In this document: piece by piece, positions 11,142 through 22,489 of the stretch | How positions within the stretch are numbered: position 1 is the first letter of the stretch | How the letters are laid out: each line of letters begins with the position of its first letter | Assembly: GCA_965649765.1 (NCBI GenBank) | Contig: OZ287761.1 | Coordinates: 25,296,001 to 25,360,000, forward strand | Direction: 5' to 3' | Source of the DNA: Bispira polyomma | Lineage: Eukaryota | Length of the DNA stretch: 64,000 bases | Made by a program: the position numbers and the translations under genes | Notes under the pieces: model-generated | Database searches by the model: none | The model's input: the letters and a program-made list of their open reading frames with translations, nothing else | What the model was told of the DNA's origin: nothing

Positions 11142-12311
11142 CTTCTCGCCAATGCGACGGCCCGTAGGCGCGGTCGAGGTGGCAATCGCCATCCTCGCCG
11201 CCATGTCACCGCTCCTTGCCGCAATGTCGCCGCTCGTGCCGCGGCTGGTGCTGCGCCTCCAGTCCCGGTCCCACCTCCAGTCCCGGTCCCACCTCCAGTC
11301 CCGGTCCCAGCTCCAGTCCCGGTCCCAGCTCCAGTCCCGGTCCCAGCTCTAGTCCCGGTCCCACCTCCAGTCCCGGTCCCACCTCCAGTCCCGGTCCCAG
11401 CTCCGGTCCCAGCTCCGGTCCCAGCTCCAGCCCCACCCCCAGCTCTAGCCCCAGCTCCAGCCCCACCCCCAGCTCCAGCCCCACCCCCAGTCGTGGCTCC
11501 AGTCGTGGCTCAACAACAACCTCAACATCAGGCAAATTTATCTGGCAGTGAGGTAGCGAGATTGGATAGGGAGGTTGTCCCCACTTCTCCTCCATCTCCC
11601 TCCCCCACTGCGTCTGTGTCAGATGCGGTATCCACACTAGATCCCTGCCCACACCAGCAGCAGTCACTGGATCAGTCGGTGTTCGAGGACTCCTCGTCAT
11701 CGGAGGGTTTAGTGGCTCCTGTTGGGTCTTCTCTACCGTCCCCTCCTTCTTTTCAAGTGGAGGAGACGGTGGAGAAGGACCAGGCAGCTCTGCAGGTGAA
11801 AGCAGTGACCAAGTCTCCCCCTAAGCCATCTCGTGTGGTATCGGGGTTGGAGGCGGGGTTGCTGTCCTCATCTGTGGTGCTCCCTGGTGTGGTTGGGGAG
11901 CTGGTTGTGGATCAGCCGGATCTGTCCAGACCTGGACCTTCTTGGCTTGGTTTACATCAACAATCTTCCCCAAAAATCCCATCATCTTCTGAGGGAGCAA
12001 CATCAATACCATTAAAAACTACTCCCAAAAAAAGGAAGAGGTCTTCCGAATTGGATAACTTGTTAGCCGATTTGGAAGGCACTCCTTTTTCCAAATCTGC
12101 CAGGCTGGGCATGAGACATGGAGATCGGGTGCACCGCACGCCCGAACGTCTTCAGGTGGGTTATCCAAAAGATTTTTGGTACCAAGTCAAAAAGGTAATG
12201 GAACCCACTACGATGTTGGTAATGCATAACCATAAGAAGACAAAATGGCATGATAAACGTTTAGAACGTCTGGAGGCTCATTGTGGCCTGCCGGAGTTGC
12301 CTAATATCTAG
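11142..12311 (+). CDS. Orphan Pro/Ser-rich protein, terminal exon (389 aa: Arg/Gly-rich start, PVPxP repeats, Ser-rich region, NLS PKKRKR, LD-like motif)
   Basis: Acceptor tcttttgtttctttttcag|ctt, in frame with ORF 10998-12311; markedly GC-rich 1.17-kb open frame in AT-rich surroundings; ATTAAA at 12461 followed by a GT-rich tract. Confidence 0.75.
   Translation, partial: LLANATARRRGRGGNRHPRRHVTAPCRNVAARAAAGAAPPVPVPPPVPVPPPVPVPAPVPVPAPVPVPALVPVPPPVPVPPPVPVPAPVPAPVPAPAPPPALAPAPAPPPAPAPPPVVAPVVAQQQPQHQANLSGSEVARLDREVVPTSPPSPSPTASVSDAVSTLDPCPHQQQSLDQSVFEDSSSSEGLVAPVGSSLPSPPSFQVEETVEKDQAALQVKAVTKSPPKPSRVVSGLEAGLLSSSVVLPGVVGELVVDQPDLSRPGPSWLGLHQQSSPKIPSSSEGATSIPLKTTPKKRKRSSELDNLLADLEGTPFSKSARLGMRHGDRVHRTPERLQVGYPKDFWYQVKKVMEPTTMLVMHNHKKTKWHDKRLERLEAHCGLPELPNI
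11255..11510 (+). repeat. Coding 18-bp tandem repeat (ccagtcccggtccca[c/g]ct) encoding PVPVPP/PVPVPA and PAPP
   Basis: Visible tandem units with length a multiple of 3. Confidence 0.9.
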
Positions 12312-12460
12312 GGGTCTCAGTCCCCCCCCAGATGTTCGACATGTTTACATGCCATGTCAAGAGAATGGCCCGGAAGGGCTGTTTAACCCTCTTGACACTG
12401 TTCAGCCTGGCAGCACACAGCCTGAACTGGGGGCTCTATAAGAGTAGCCTTCTGTGATGT

Positions 12461-12466
12461 ATTAAA
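12461..12466 (+). promoter_or_regulatory. Putative polyadenylation signal (ATTAAA) of the orphan gene
   Basis: 150 nt after the stop, followed by tttgttgtgactttcatgtgttt (GU-rich downstream element). Confidence 0.45.
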
Positions 12467-14682
12467 TGATTTTGTTGTGACTTTCATGTGTTTATATATA
12501 TTACATATTGCATTAACAAACAGAAGCACTTATTTTAGCTTGTTAGGGGTTCTTATAGTACAGACACCCACAGATATTAAATTACAGGTCACGTACAAAT
12601 TGATGCATCTACCTATTCTTGACATCTACTATTTAACCTTTAAATGTTATTAAAACCTACTGGTGAACCTTGTTATTTTGTTTTGTTATATGTATGCATT
12701 TGTTTCAAAATGTCTGGAAAGAAATGTACATCTTTAAATCTGGTTTCTTTTTGAACGTTTCTGGGTCTCGATTTTTTTTTAAAAACAAACCGTTTTAGCG
12801 CCTTGGTATCTGAAATATAATATTTAACACCAACAAAATAACCCTAGACTTTTGTTTGAATGTATTGCAGTGTTTTAATGTTTATTGCGTCTTTGGAAAA
12901 AAATCATTTTTTTAAATCACTTGATTTCTCCTTTTTTTTTGTGTTCATAACAGTTGCATGTGGTTTTTGTCATGACCACTTGTTATGTTGAAATGGAGAC
13001 TTTGTGTACATGCCCCATTGTCAAGACCCCCTCAACCCAGGTCGCCGCCCCCAGGAAAAGGTCATGCGAGTTTTTCTCCATTTACTTTTATTTATAACCA
13101 AATGTTTTGTGTTCTGTGCAAAGAAAAGTGCAACTCAAGGGAAAAAACCTAAAGTACATTTGAAAACCCCTTTGAGTAGAAAGGTTTGCTTGTTTATAGG
13201 TGGAGAACAATTTGTAGTGTTGTCCCACAAAAGCCTTAGATTTCATATCTCGACTCTGTGTAAATCATGTCCAAGTGGAGCTTTGTCTGATGGTGCTTTT
13301 GTGATTTGACTGTAAAGAACCACAGTCTCGTGAAATAAACCTTTTTCAGGCCTGTTAAACGGTTATTTTAGACAAGTGTCTGCACATTTAATGAATCGTG
13401 TCCACAATGATCAGTGTTGGGTGAAAAGATTGTAGCAAATATTAGTGTGTGCAAAGTTTAAGGAAGATCCTTTTGAGAGTTTTTATAATTAATTAAATTT
13501 GCAAATAATGAGTTGCAGAATAGTTATAGTATTGTTGAAGTTTAAAAAACATATGCGTCTAAATTTAGTCCACTTTTTCAGCAATATTGAGGGGACAAGT
13601 TCCCGTTTAATATTTTTACAAAAAAAAAAAGTCCCTGAAAATTTCCTGTAAGTTGTATGTACTGTGTCGATATGGTTAGGGTTCTGATATTGGTATACCG
13701 TGTTTTCCCCAATATATGTAAGGTCAGGCCTGGTGTTACATAAAAAGTTTCTGTATACTGAATTGTTTCAGTGGGTTTTAATGACTGCAATACCTCTTCA
13801 GTAATCCTAAGGCTCTCGAGCACTATTTCATCCTAGAATTGTTTTAAACCTTTTTTTTTAACCCTTTCGACCTGTAGGTTGTTCACTAGCAGCCAAGCAC
13901 CCTAAAAATATTTTTGTATTAAATGTAAGTCTAATTATATTTTGTGTATTAATTTTTTTTTCACTTAGATTAATTTAATCAGGTTTACTGCCCTGAAATG
14001 TTGGGTTTTATTTCCTGAAAAATTAGACACTTTTGTTTTAGGTCATGTACAATAACGTCACAATAATATATTTGACACCAAAGAGTATTTAAAAATGGGT
14101 GTTCTCCCCTCAGGAATCATAGGCTCTTAGGCATTGTTTTTTCTTTATGAAAAAAAATTAAATTAAATTTTTTGTTAAATTACATTTTTTTTTACACTTT
14201 AAAGAATTTAATAAGGTTTGTGTTCTGAAGAATTTAATGAGGTTTGGTGTTCTGTAATGTTTTCTTTCGGGTGTAATGATATAAACTTTTATTAGGTACA
14301 ATAACACTGACATAATCCTACATTTCTTACAAAACCCAGTATTCATGAATGGCTGCCAATCCCTCCTCAGTAATCATAGTCTCTCAAGCGGGGTTTCATC
14401 TTAAATTTTTTTTCCAGTTTTTAGTTATTTTTTTTTTTTTGCTTTCATTTGAAAAATTTAAAGCAGGTTTAGTGCTGTGTAATGTTATTTCGTCTTTGAG
14501 GTGTAATTAAAAAACTTTTATTTAAGCTTGTGAACACAATAACACTCCTATATTAAATTGAATTACCATTTGACCTCTAGGTTTTTCAGTAACTTTTTAA
14601 TGTGCAACATTGTGATTGCCTTTTATCTGATAAGTATATGATAACACAGATCAGAACCTAAATTTCGTTCACCTATGGTTAA

Positions 14683-14937
14683 CCCTTTCAACCCCCAGGT
14701 TGTGACCCAATGGCAATTGTTACTCCCAGATCCTATGTCGGCAGGCAGTCAACACCCCCAAAATATTGTTTTCCTTCAGTTCCTCGCAATAGGAAATTGT
14801 CAGTAAAACAGACTTCCAACTGAAGTCCAGAAGTAGTCAGTGGTGTGTGTTTTAGTGACTCCCAACTATCTCGTAACCCATTATCCATAAAATTTCCTTC
14901 AGTTCCTTGCGATAGTTTTCTCCCAGTGGCAAAAGGG
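14683..14937. mobile_element. piggyBac-like MITE (TTAA TSD, CCCTT termini)
   Basis: ttaa|ccctttcaacccc ... gtggcaaaaggg|ttaa; internal tttccttcagttcc repeats shared with related pieces at ~23030-23465 and ~24330-24820. Confidence 0.7.
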
Positions 14938-15302
14938 TTAAGGTTCCTGACATTGTATGGACAGCTTAAATGTTTGACCCATATTATCTGGACTTTTTGG
15001 AACATCTCCAACATATCAAGATATTGTTTTCCTTTGTTTTCCTTACTAATAGCCTTACTAATTTATTATAGACATTGCTGTTGGACATTAGTAAAATGAG
15101 TTTTAGAAATCTGGAGATCAATTAGTAGATATAATGTCAATTAATGGATATACAATGTATTAAATAACACTGATTATATTTTTGTCAGGAAAAAGAAATA
15201 AACAGAAAATCATTCTTATCTTTAAAAAAAAATTATTTTAAATTTCAGATACTTTATGTAATACTATGTAGACAGTGAGTTTATTTCTCTCTGAGTAAGT
15301 TG

Positions 15303-15555
15303 AGGCACTGTGGTGGCCTAGTGGTTAGACAGTGAGTTTATTTCTCTTTAAGTAAGTTGAGGCGCTGTGGTGGCTTAGTGGTTAGAAGTGTTGGCTTCAT
15401 AATCACTGGTCACTCAACAATATTGATTTTAATTCTGTTTGTTCCTTTATGTGGACAAGTTTGGTAGTTGTCAGTAGTTTACACAGTTGTTTCAGCACTG
15501 GCTTCTACCACCATATATTCTAACATGTTAAAAGCCACATAAAACTCAAATAAGT
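15303..15555 (+). mobile_element. Decayed SINE with ~57-bp 5' duplication
   Basis: ggc.ctgtggtggc.tagtggttaga occurs twice; followed by SINE body and taaaactcaaa tail. Confidence 0.6.
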
Positions 15556-18500
15556 ATTAAACATTACGTGAATAGTTTGGTCATTATTTAAGAGTATTGT
15601 TAAGGATTAATTTGAAAGACTTTAAATGAGACAGAAGTGTCATACAATTTCTGAATCTAAATGTTCCAAAATGTATACCGTTTATTAAACTCTAATAGCC
15701 CTGTGATTCACGTTGTCTAATACTTTAGGTATGTGCTGTTTTAACAGCCAGCCATTGCACTTTGAAATATTGGAATTAGATTGAAAAATTTCTCAAGAAG
15801 GAATAGTTAACAGACATTATAAAAACAAATTTAGTGATCTGTGTGACTGATTTAACAGTATTTTCAAAGTATTTGAAACTCCAGAAGTTTTTATGATAAT
15901 TTCTTTGTGCAAAGTATTGTGTACTAAAAACACTCTAATTGTTGACTGCAGTTCTGCAATATACCTAAGTGATTAATATCCTAATTTAATGTTAAAGATA
16001 GAAAGCTATTTTGGGCAACTTCTGCAATCACAATATGACCTAAGCTGTTGCAAGTGACGGGATATAACCCAACTCAATTCCTATCCAGAACAATACATTT
16101 TGAAAATGTCTTCGTGCAAAATATAAGGTTCTAAAGGCTCCTTGAGCAGCCTGATTGTTCACTGCTGAAGTGTAATGTCCTTAAGGGATCAAGATTATTA
16201 AATGCCTTGGATCAGTAGCTGTAGCATATGTAGTTTGTGCGTCGATAGTTGGCAATCTGAAGAATAAGTGCTTTGAACATTGGTAGATGAAGAATTTAAA
16301 AAATTCACTATTCACAAGAACTAAATGGAACAGGCACAAAGATGGTCTTTTAGAGTAAACATGTGTCGGTCTTTCTAGGTGTAGTGACTTGGGTACAAGT
16401 ACAAAGTTTTGTTGGTTTTTAATCACAAGTCCACACATAATAAAGTGATCAATGAGTGTTTAAAAAAACATGTACATTTGTGATGAAGTGTGAATATGCT
16501 TGATAGAATTGCATAATATTTTAAATTGATAATATTGCAGCATTAATATTTTTAATGGTTAAATATAACTAAAGAATGAATTTAAAACTTAACCAATTCA
16601 ACTGATAGTACTTGTCTGTGGTTTTTAAATGAGAATTATCAACACACAATACCTCTTAAGTTAGTGTTTACATGTTGGGTTTTTTTCTTATACTTTCTGT
16701 GTATCAGTGACTTCACACGTCGCTGTTTTAGCTTTTAAGGGTCATTTTTAAACACAATTATATTTTTCCACTTTCTTACTCTGCGGGGCCAAATGGTCAG
16801 CTAAAAAGGTGAGGTGATTGGTAATACATGTAGTTTGTAATTCTGCAAATGTTCTATTAGTACACATCTATGTGCAAGTGGGTACACCGCTAGTGATGGG
16901 TAAGTTGAATTCCTTAAATTTTTTTGCAAATGTCTCCAATTCTACAAAAGCATAGTCGTACATATACGGGGATTTCCCCAGGGTACCACAAGTTGACTAG
17001 TAAGTGGTGAAGCATGTTTTTTTTGTGGGTGAGCACTGTTCTATTAAGTGTGTCGGTATGTTTGAAATGTACCACCAAACCCCTACACCTATATTCTGTT
17101 TACACAGAGTACCAAATTGTTACTTTATAAACATTGCTAGATGAATCGGATGTGTGGTTACACGACAATGGTACACAAAGCATCTCGCGTCACACCAGTC
17201 TGTAGACCTGGATTTATAGTCGCCTCCAGCCGCAGTTATAATGCAATCGGCCAGTATGAGGTCCCATATATTGCTAAATGTTTTATAAATGATCATTGCA
17301 TGCATAGAGTTATATAAAGTAACCTACAGTAAGGCATATACTAGAGTTATCTTTTGAAGAAGATATTGAGTCATAAAGCAAACACCCCAGCTTTTGAGTT
17401 TGTTCTGCCCAATGAAACTGCCCCAAACCTGACAGTTGACGAATAGACGTGTTGAAAAGTGACGATAAACCCCCAAAACTTTACTTGTATCTAATTTGAG
17501 AGAGTGTGAGCTTGATATATAAATCTATGTATGTGTTCATGTCCACACTGACTTGTAGCGGGGTATAACGGAACTCAAGAATGTGCAGTACACAAAGTAT
17601 ACACAGAGTACTCATACTCTCCTCACAGTACACTCACACACACACTCTCCTTTATGACACCAGTACAAAAAGCAGTTACACAGACCAGCAGTTGGTCAAG
17701 TCTTACCCATTGACCAGATCACGCCACCCCCTAGTGAGGGGAGGGTGGGGGGGTGGGGGGGCTTCTACATGTACACTACACATGGCACACACATGCACTA
17801 CAAAGCTATATATATATACACTGGAGCTACACACCTGTCTAGAAGGGATATAGGTCATTTAAAAAGGGTTCAAGATGCTACACACTCCTATTGAAACGGT
17901 CTACAAAAGAAGGAATATGTCAATTCTACCCAATACCTATTTGATTTTCAAAAGGATACATTTATATCTTGTTGATTTATATACCTGGTGTTGGTGCTAT
18001 TGCAAAAACATAAACTGCACATACCATCCATTATTACTCATTAAAAATGCGTATTTTATACATAGACATATATTATAAACATACAACAAATTACACGATT
18101 ATTACTAATATACAGAGCAAGTCATTTAAACTAAAAACTTAAAATAATTAAAAAAATAATCTCAAAAATATCGATCAATACTAAATAAACACAGTAAAGA
18201 CGCAATATCAACCTAAAATTGACAAAAGTTAAAAACACAATTGCAAACACCTGAGTGTAATTTATGTGTACTCTTTAACAGTTTTCATGAATTACTAAAA
18301 ATCGTTTGTGGTTTATTGCATGTTAATGTTGTATAAATGTTTTTTTTTTTGTTTTTTTGGGGGGGGGTATTCGACAACACTACTGTAATACTTCATAAGA
18401 TTAAGTTTTCAAACTTCTGAATTGTGTAGACCAAGTTTCATAGGTTCTTAAAGTGATAGTTTTTAATGTTAAAAAACCCCCAGAAATGTACAGTAGTGTT

Positions 18501-19314
18501 TCTGTTAGTAAACTGCACATTTATGATTACTCCTAATACATGTACATGTATCCTTTTGGGACAAATTCAACGCTACTCCAAATATTACAGTAGTGAGCCC
18601 TTTTTAATTGACCCGTGTCTGTTCTGGAAGCATGAGTATCCGCTGCTGCATGGTTGGGGTCACTTCTGAGTGTGTGTGCATCTGTGAGAGACTGACTATG
18701 TATGGTTGTGTGTTTGCTGCTAGTGGGTCGTTGCTGACTATGTATGGTTGTGTTTGCTGCTAGTGGGTCATTGCTGAGTGTTGGTGAGAGGTCGTCTGAC
18801 TACGTATGGTTGTGTGTTGGCTGCTAGTGGGTCGTTGCTGAGTATGTGAGAGGTCGTCTGACTACGTATGGTTGTGTGTGGTTCTCTTTTTGTCCCTTTC
18901 TACCGCAGGGTCCCTGGCTCAGTGCCATTAATATGAGCAATGTAGCTGGTGTGTGTGTTCGTAGGTCTTGTAGACACCACCCCCACACTGTCGCCCCCCT
19001 GACCCTCACAGGGCTGGGTGGTCTGGCATGGGGAGACTTGCGCGGCTGTTTGGGCTGTGTTATCTGCTAGCACTGGTACTGATGTTGTAAAGGGTGTGTG
19101 TTCTTGTGTGTGTATATGTGAGGGATGTGTGTGTACTGTGTGTGTCTACATTGTATACTGTTCTCTTGAGTTCACCTTTTTATACCCCTACAGTCTGATC
19201 TAGGTGTAAAAAAATATATATTGGCTCTACGACTACACATAGCTAGTCACCTGTTGACGTAGAAATTAGAAAGCCTTCTAGGTAAATTCTTTGACTTGCC
19301 TGAACAAAACAAAG

Positions 19315-19548
19315 GGCTGTATGAGCCTAGTGCTTAGAAGTTCCAGCTTACAATCACTGGCCCCTCCTCAAAGTGGGTTTGAATCCTGTTTGGACCTTTA
19401 TGTAGGAAAGTTTGTTGAGTGTAGAGGGTATTTTCTGTAGGTTGGTTGTTTAGAATGCTTCCGCACCCGGGTTTCGTCTACCATTAAATTTGACTGCCGT
19501 GATAATAACCTGAGCTGTTGAAACTGATGTAAAAAACACATAAATTCA
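19315..19548 (+). mobile_element. Decayed SINE
   Basis: gcctagtgcttagaag...gggtttgaatcc (B box)...gataataacctgagctgttgaaa...aaattcaaa. Confidence 0.65.
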
Positions 19549-20271
19549 AATACATCGGTTTACATATAGTCAGTTCAAAATTGATAAGTGCACAATTTGA
19601 CAGATATCTAAGCTTTCCTTGGTGCAAGAAACAGACCGTTAATTCATCGGAAACTCGTTGGGATCGATTATTTTGCCAAAATTATCCTAATAGTATAAAT
19701 CTACCAGATTATCCTAGAAATAAACAAACGTGCATGAAAACAAATGTTTGTCAGTAAAAATAGATTTCAAGTTCATGATCGGAATTGGTCAGAAATCTTC
19801 TCCAATAAATCGTTTAAAAACAAATCGAGCAATCTCCAATATCTAGTATAAACAGGTCTATTCAGCTGGTGTAACTTATAGTGTGCTGATGTGCACTTGT
19901 GACTACACATACAATGCATATTGTCCTGATGACCTCTAGTACTAAAGTAACAGTAGCATTGTCCCCATACCTGCCAGTTATAAGGACTATAATCAGTGCT
20001 CACTTACCATGCTTTGTGAATATTGCTCATTGTTGGTTAAAAAAAAAGTATGGACTGGTTCTGCTACAGGATACTACAGGTATGACAAGACTTTGGTTGG
20101 TAGTTTTTAATTGTACATTACTCTGATGTTTTCAGTTCAAATTATAATGGCTACTTGTTTGGGTCATTGTAGGACACAGATGACTGGGGTGAGTATAGTA
20201 AAATAACAGTTTGTGTCTTTATACCTTTCAAAGGTGAGATTTTAGTAGATATAAGGTATGTGATCAACAAT

Positions 20272-20830
20272 TAGACATTGCAGTGAGCTTTCTAACATTG
20301 CAGTGGAATTCCTGACATTGCAGTGATGAACTTCCTATCATTTTGTTCAATTAACTTGCGTTTGTTCTTTACTAAAGCTGCAACAAATGTTCCACAGCTG
20401 TGAATTTGTAAACCTTCCTTACAATTTTCTTGCACATCAGTGAATTTTCTTATATTCATTCCAATTTCCTCACACTCCTTTCATTCCTTGTAATTTTCTT
20501 AATTCCTTGCATTCCTATTAATTTCCTTACACTACAGTAAATTTTTCTTTACATTACTTGTAATTGCCTGGCCCGAGGCGGGCTTCCTTCCTTCCTTGCC
20601 CCAAGGGGTGCTTCCTTATTTGCGCTGCAGTGAATTTCCTTACATTCCTTGCAATTTCCTTACACTGCAGTGAATTTCCTTACACTACAGTGAATTTCCT
20701 TACATTGCTTGTGATTTCCTTACATTCCTTGTAATTTCCTTACACTGCAGTGAATTTCCTTACATTGCAGTGAATTTCCTTACATTGCAGTGAATGTCCT
20801 TACACTGCAGTGAATGTCCTTGCATTCTTT
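20272..20830. repeat. Degenerate 20-bp minisatellite (ttccttacactgcagtgaat)
   Basis: Units visible, most regular at 20625-20820. Confidence 0.85.
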
Positions 20831-20832
20831 GG

Positions 20833-21845
20833 CTTCCTTCCTTCCTTGCCCAGAGGCGGGCTTGCTTCCTTCCTTGCCCAGAGGCGGCCTTGCTTCCTTC
20901 CTTGCCCAGAGGCGGCCTTGCTTCCTTCCTTGCCCAGAGGTGGCCTTGCTTCCTTCCTTGCCCAGAGGCGGCCTTGCTTCCTTCCTTGCCCAGAGGCGGC
21001 CTTGCTTCCTTCCTTGCCCAGAGGCGGCCTTGCTTCCTTCCTTGCCCAGAGGCGGCCTTGCTTCCTTCCTTGCCCAGAGGCGGCCTTGCTTCCTTCCTTG
21101 CCCAGAGGCGGCCTTGCTTCCTTCCTTGCCCAGAGGCGGCCTTGCTTCCTTCCTTGCCCAGAGGCGGCCTTGCTTCCTTCCTTGCCCAGAGGCGGCCTTG
21201 CTTCCTTCCTTGCCCAGAGGCGGCCTTGCTTCCTTCCTTGCCCAGAGGCGGCCTTGCTTCCTTCCTTGCCCAGAGGCGGCCTTGCTTCCTTCCTTGCCCA
21301 GAGGCGGCCTTGCTTCCTTCCTTGCCCAGAGGCGGCCTTGCTTCCTTCCTTGCCCAGAGGCGGCCTTGCTTCCTTCCTTGCCCAGAGGCGGCCTTGCTTC
21401 CTTCCTTGCCCAGAGGCGGCCTTGCTTCCTTCCTTGCCCAGAGGCGGCCTTGCTTCCTTCCTTGCCCAGAGGCGGCCTTGCTTCCTTCCTTGCCCAGAGG
21501 CGGCCTTGCTTCCTTCCTTGCCCAGAGGCGGCCTTGCTTCCTTCCTTGCCCAGAGGCGGCCTTGCTTCCTTCCTTGCCCAGAGGCGGCCTTGCTTCCTTC
21601 CTTGCCCAGAGGCGGCCTTGCTTCCTTCCTTGCCCAGAGGCGGCCTTGCTTCCTTCCTTGCCCAGAGGCGGCCTTGCTTCCTTCCTTGCCCAGAGGCGGC
21701 CTTGCTTCCTTCCTTGCCCAGAGGCGGCCTTGCTTCCTTCCTTGCCCAGAGGCGGCCTTGCTTCCTTCCTTGCCCAGAGGCGGCCTTGCTTCCTTCCTTG
21801 CCCAGAGGCGGCCTTGCTTCCTTCCTTGCCCAGAGGCGGCCTTCC
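20833..21845. repeat. Highly homogeneous 28-bp GC-rich minisatellite (tgcttccttccttgcccagaggcggcct), ~36 copies
   Basis: Exact 420-bp periodicity (15 x 28) between lines 20881, 21301 and 21721; accounts for the four long repetitive ORFs at 20780-22057. Confidence 0.97.
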
Positions 21846-22489
21846 TTACACTGTACGGAACCTAACTCACAAACCAACAATTTTATACAGATCATACAAA
21901 TCGTCCCTGTAAATGGGTATTTATGCCCCCAGTATTCATTTAATCTCATTTTGATATACAATATAGAAATCCTTCCAATGTTCATAGCACCTATTCTTAA
22001 GATAGCCAAGTACCGACACATGTTCTGCAGCAAATGATTCAAGGCATTCATTTTCATGATCCCACAAGTATTAATTACAGAATGGCAGATAATAGTTTTA
22101 GGAAGACTTAAGAATAGCCATATTACTTTTTGATATATGTACTACAGCAGCTTTAAGATGATAAATATTTGCATTTTATTCTAGAGAAATTCAGTTGATG
22201 TTGTCCCTAACTGTTTGATTTGTTGACCAATGTGATCCGTAATACAGCTTAAGGTTGCCACCGGAAGTAAAATGCTTAATGTTTTTCATAATTATTGTCC
22301 TAGTCCTTAGATAAGTGAATTTGCTGTAGGTTCATGATTTACAATGCATCAGCATTTGTTTCTTCCTCAATTGTAAGTGGATGTCATGATATGAACCAAG
22401 CTGTTGAAAGCAACTACTGTTGATCAATGTGATCCATAATAGAACGTAAGGTTACACCTGGAGTAAAATGTTTAATGTGTTGGCAGTTG

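Noticed and set aside
11206-11700. Antisense and alternative-frame ORFs (GPGLEL / SSPGP repeats)
   Set aside because: Shadows of the 18-bp coding repeat
20833-21845. CRISPR-like array (also 30750-31270 and 45900-46288)
   Set aside because: Units are head-to-tail with no unique spacers, no cas genes, eukaryotic context
20780-22057. Four long ORFs (351-425 aa) on both strands
   Set aside because: Artefact of a stop-free 28-bp minisatellite; no unique coding sequence or splice context
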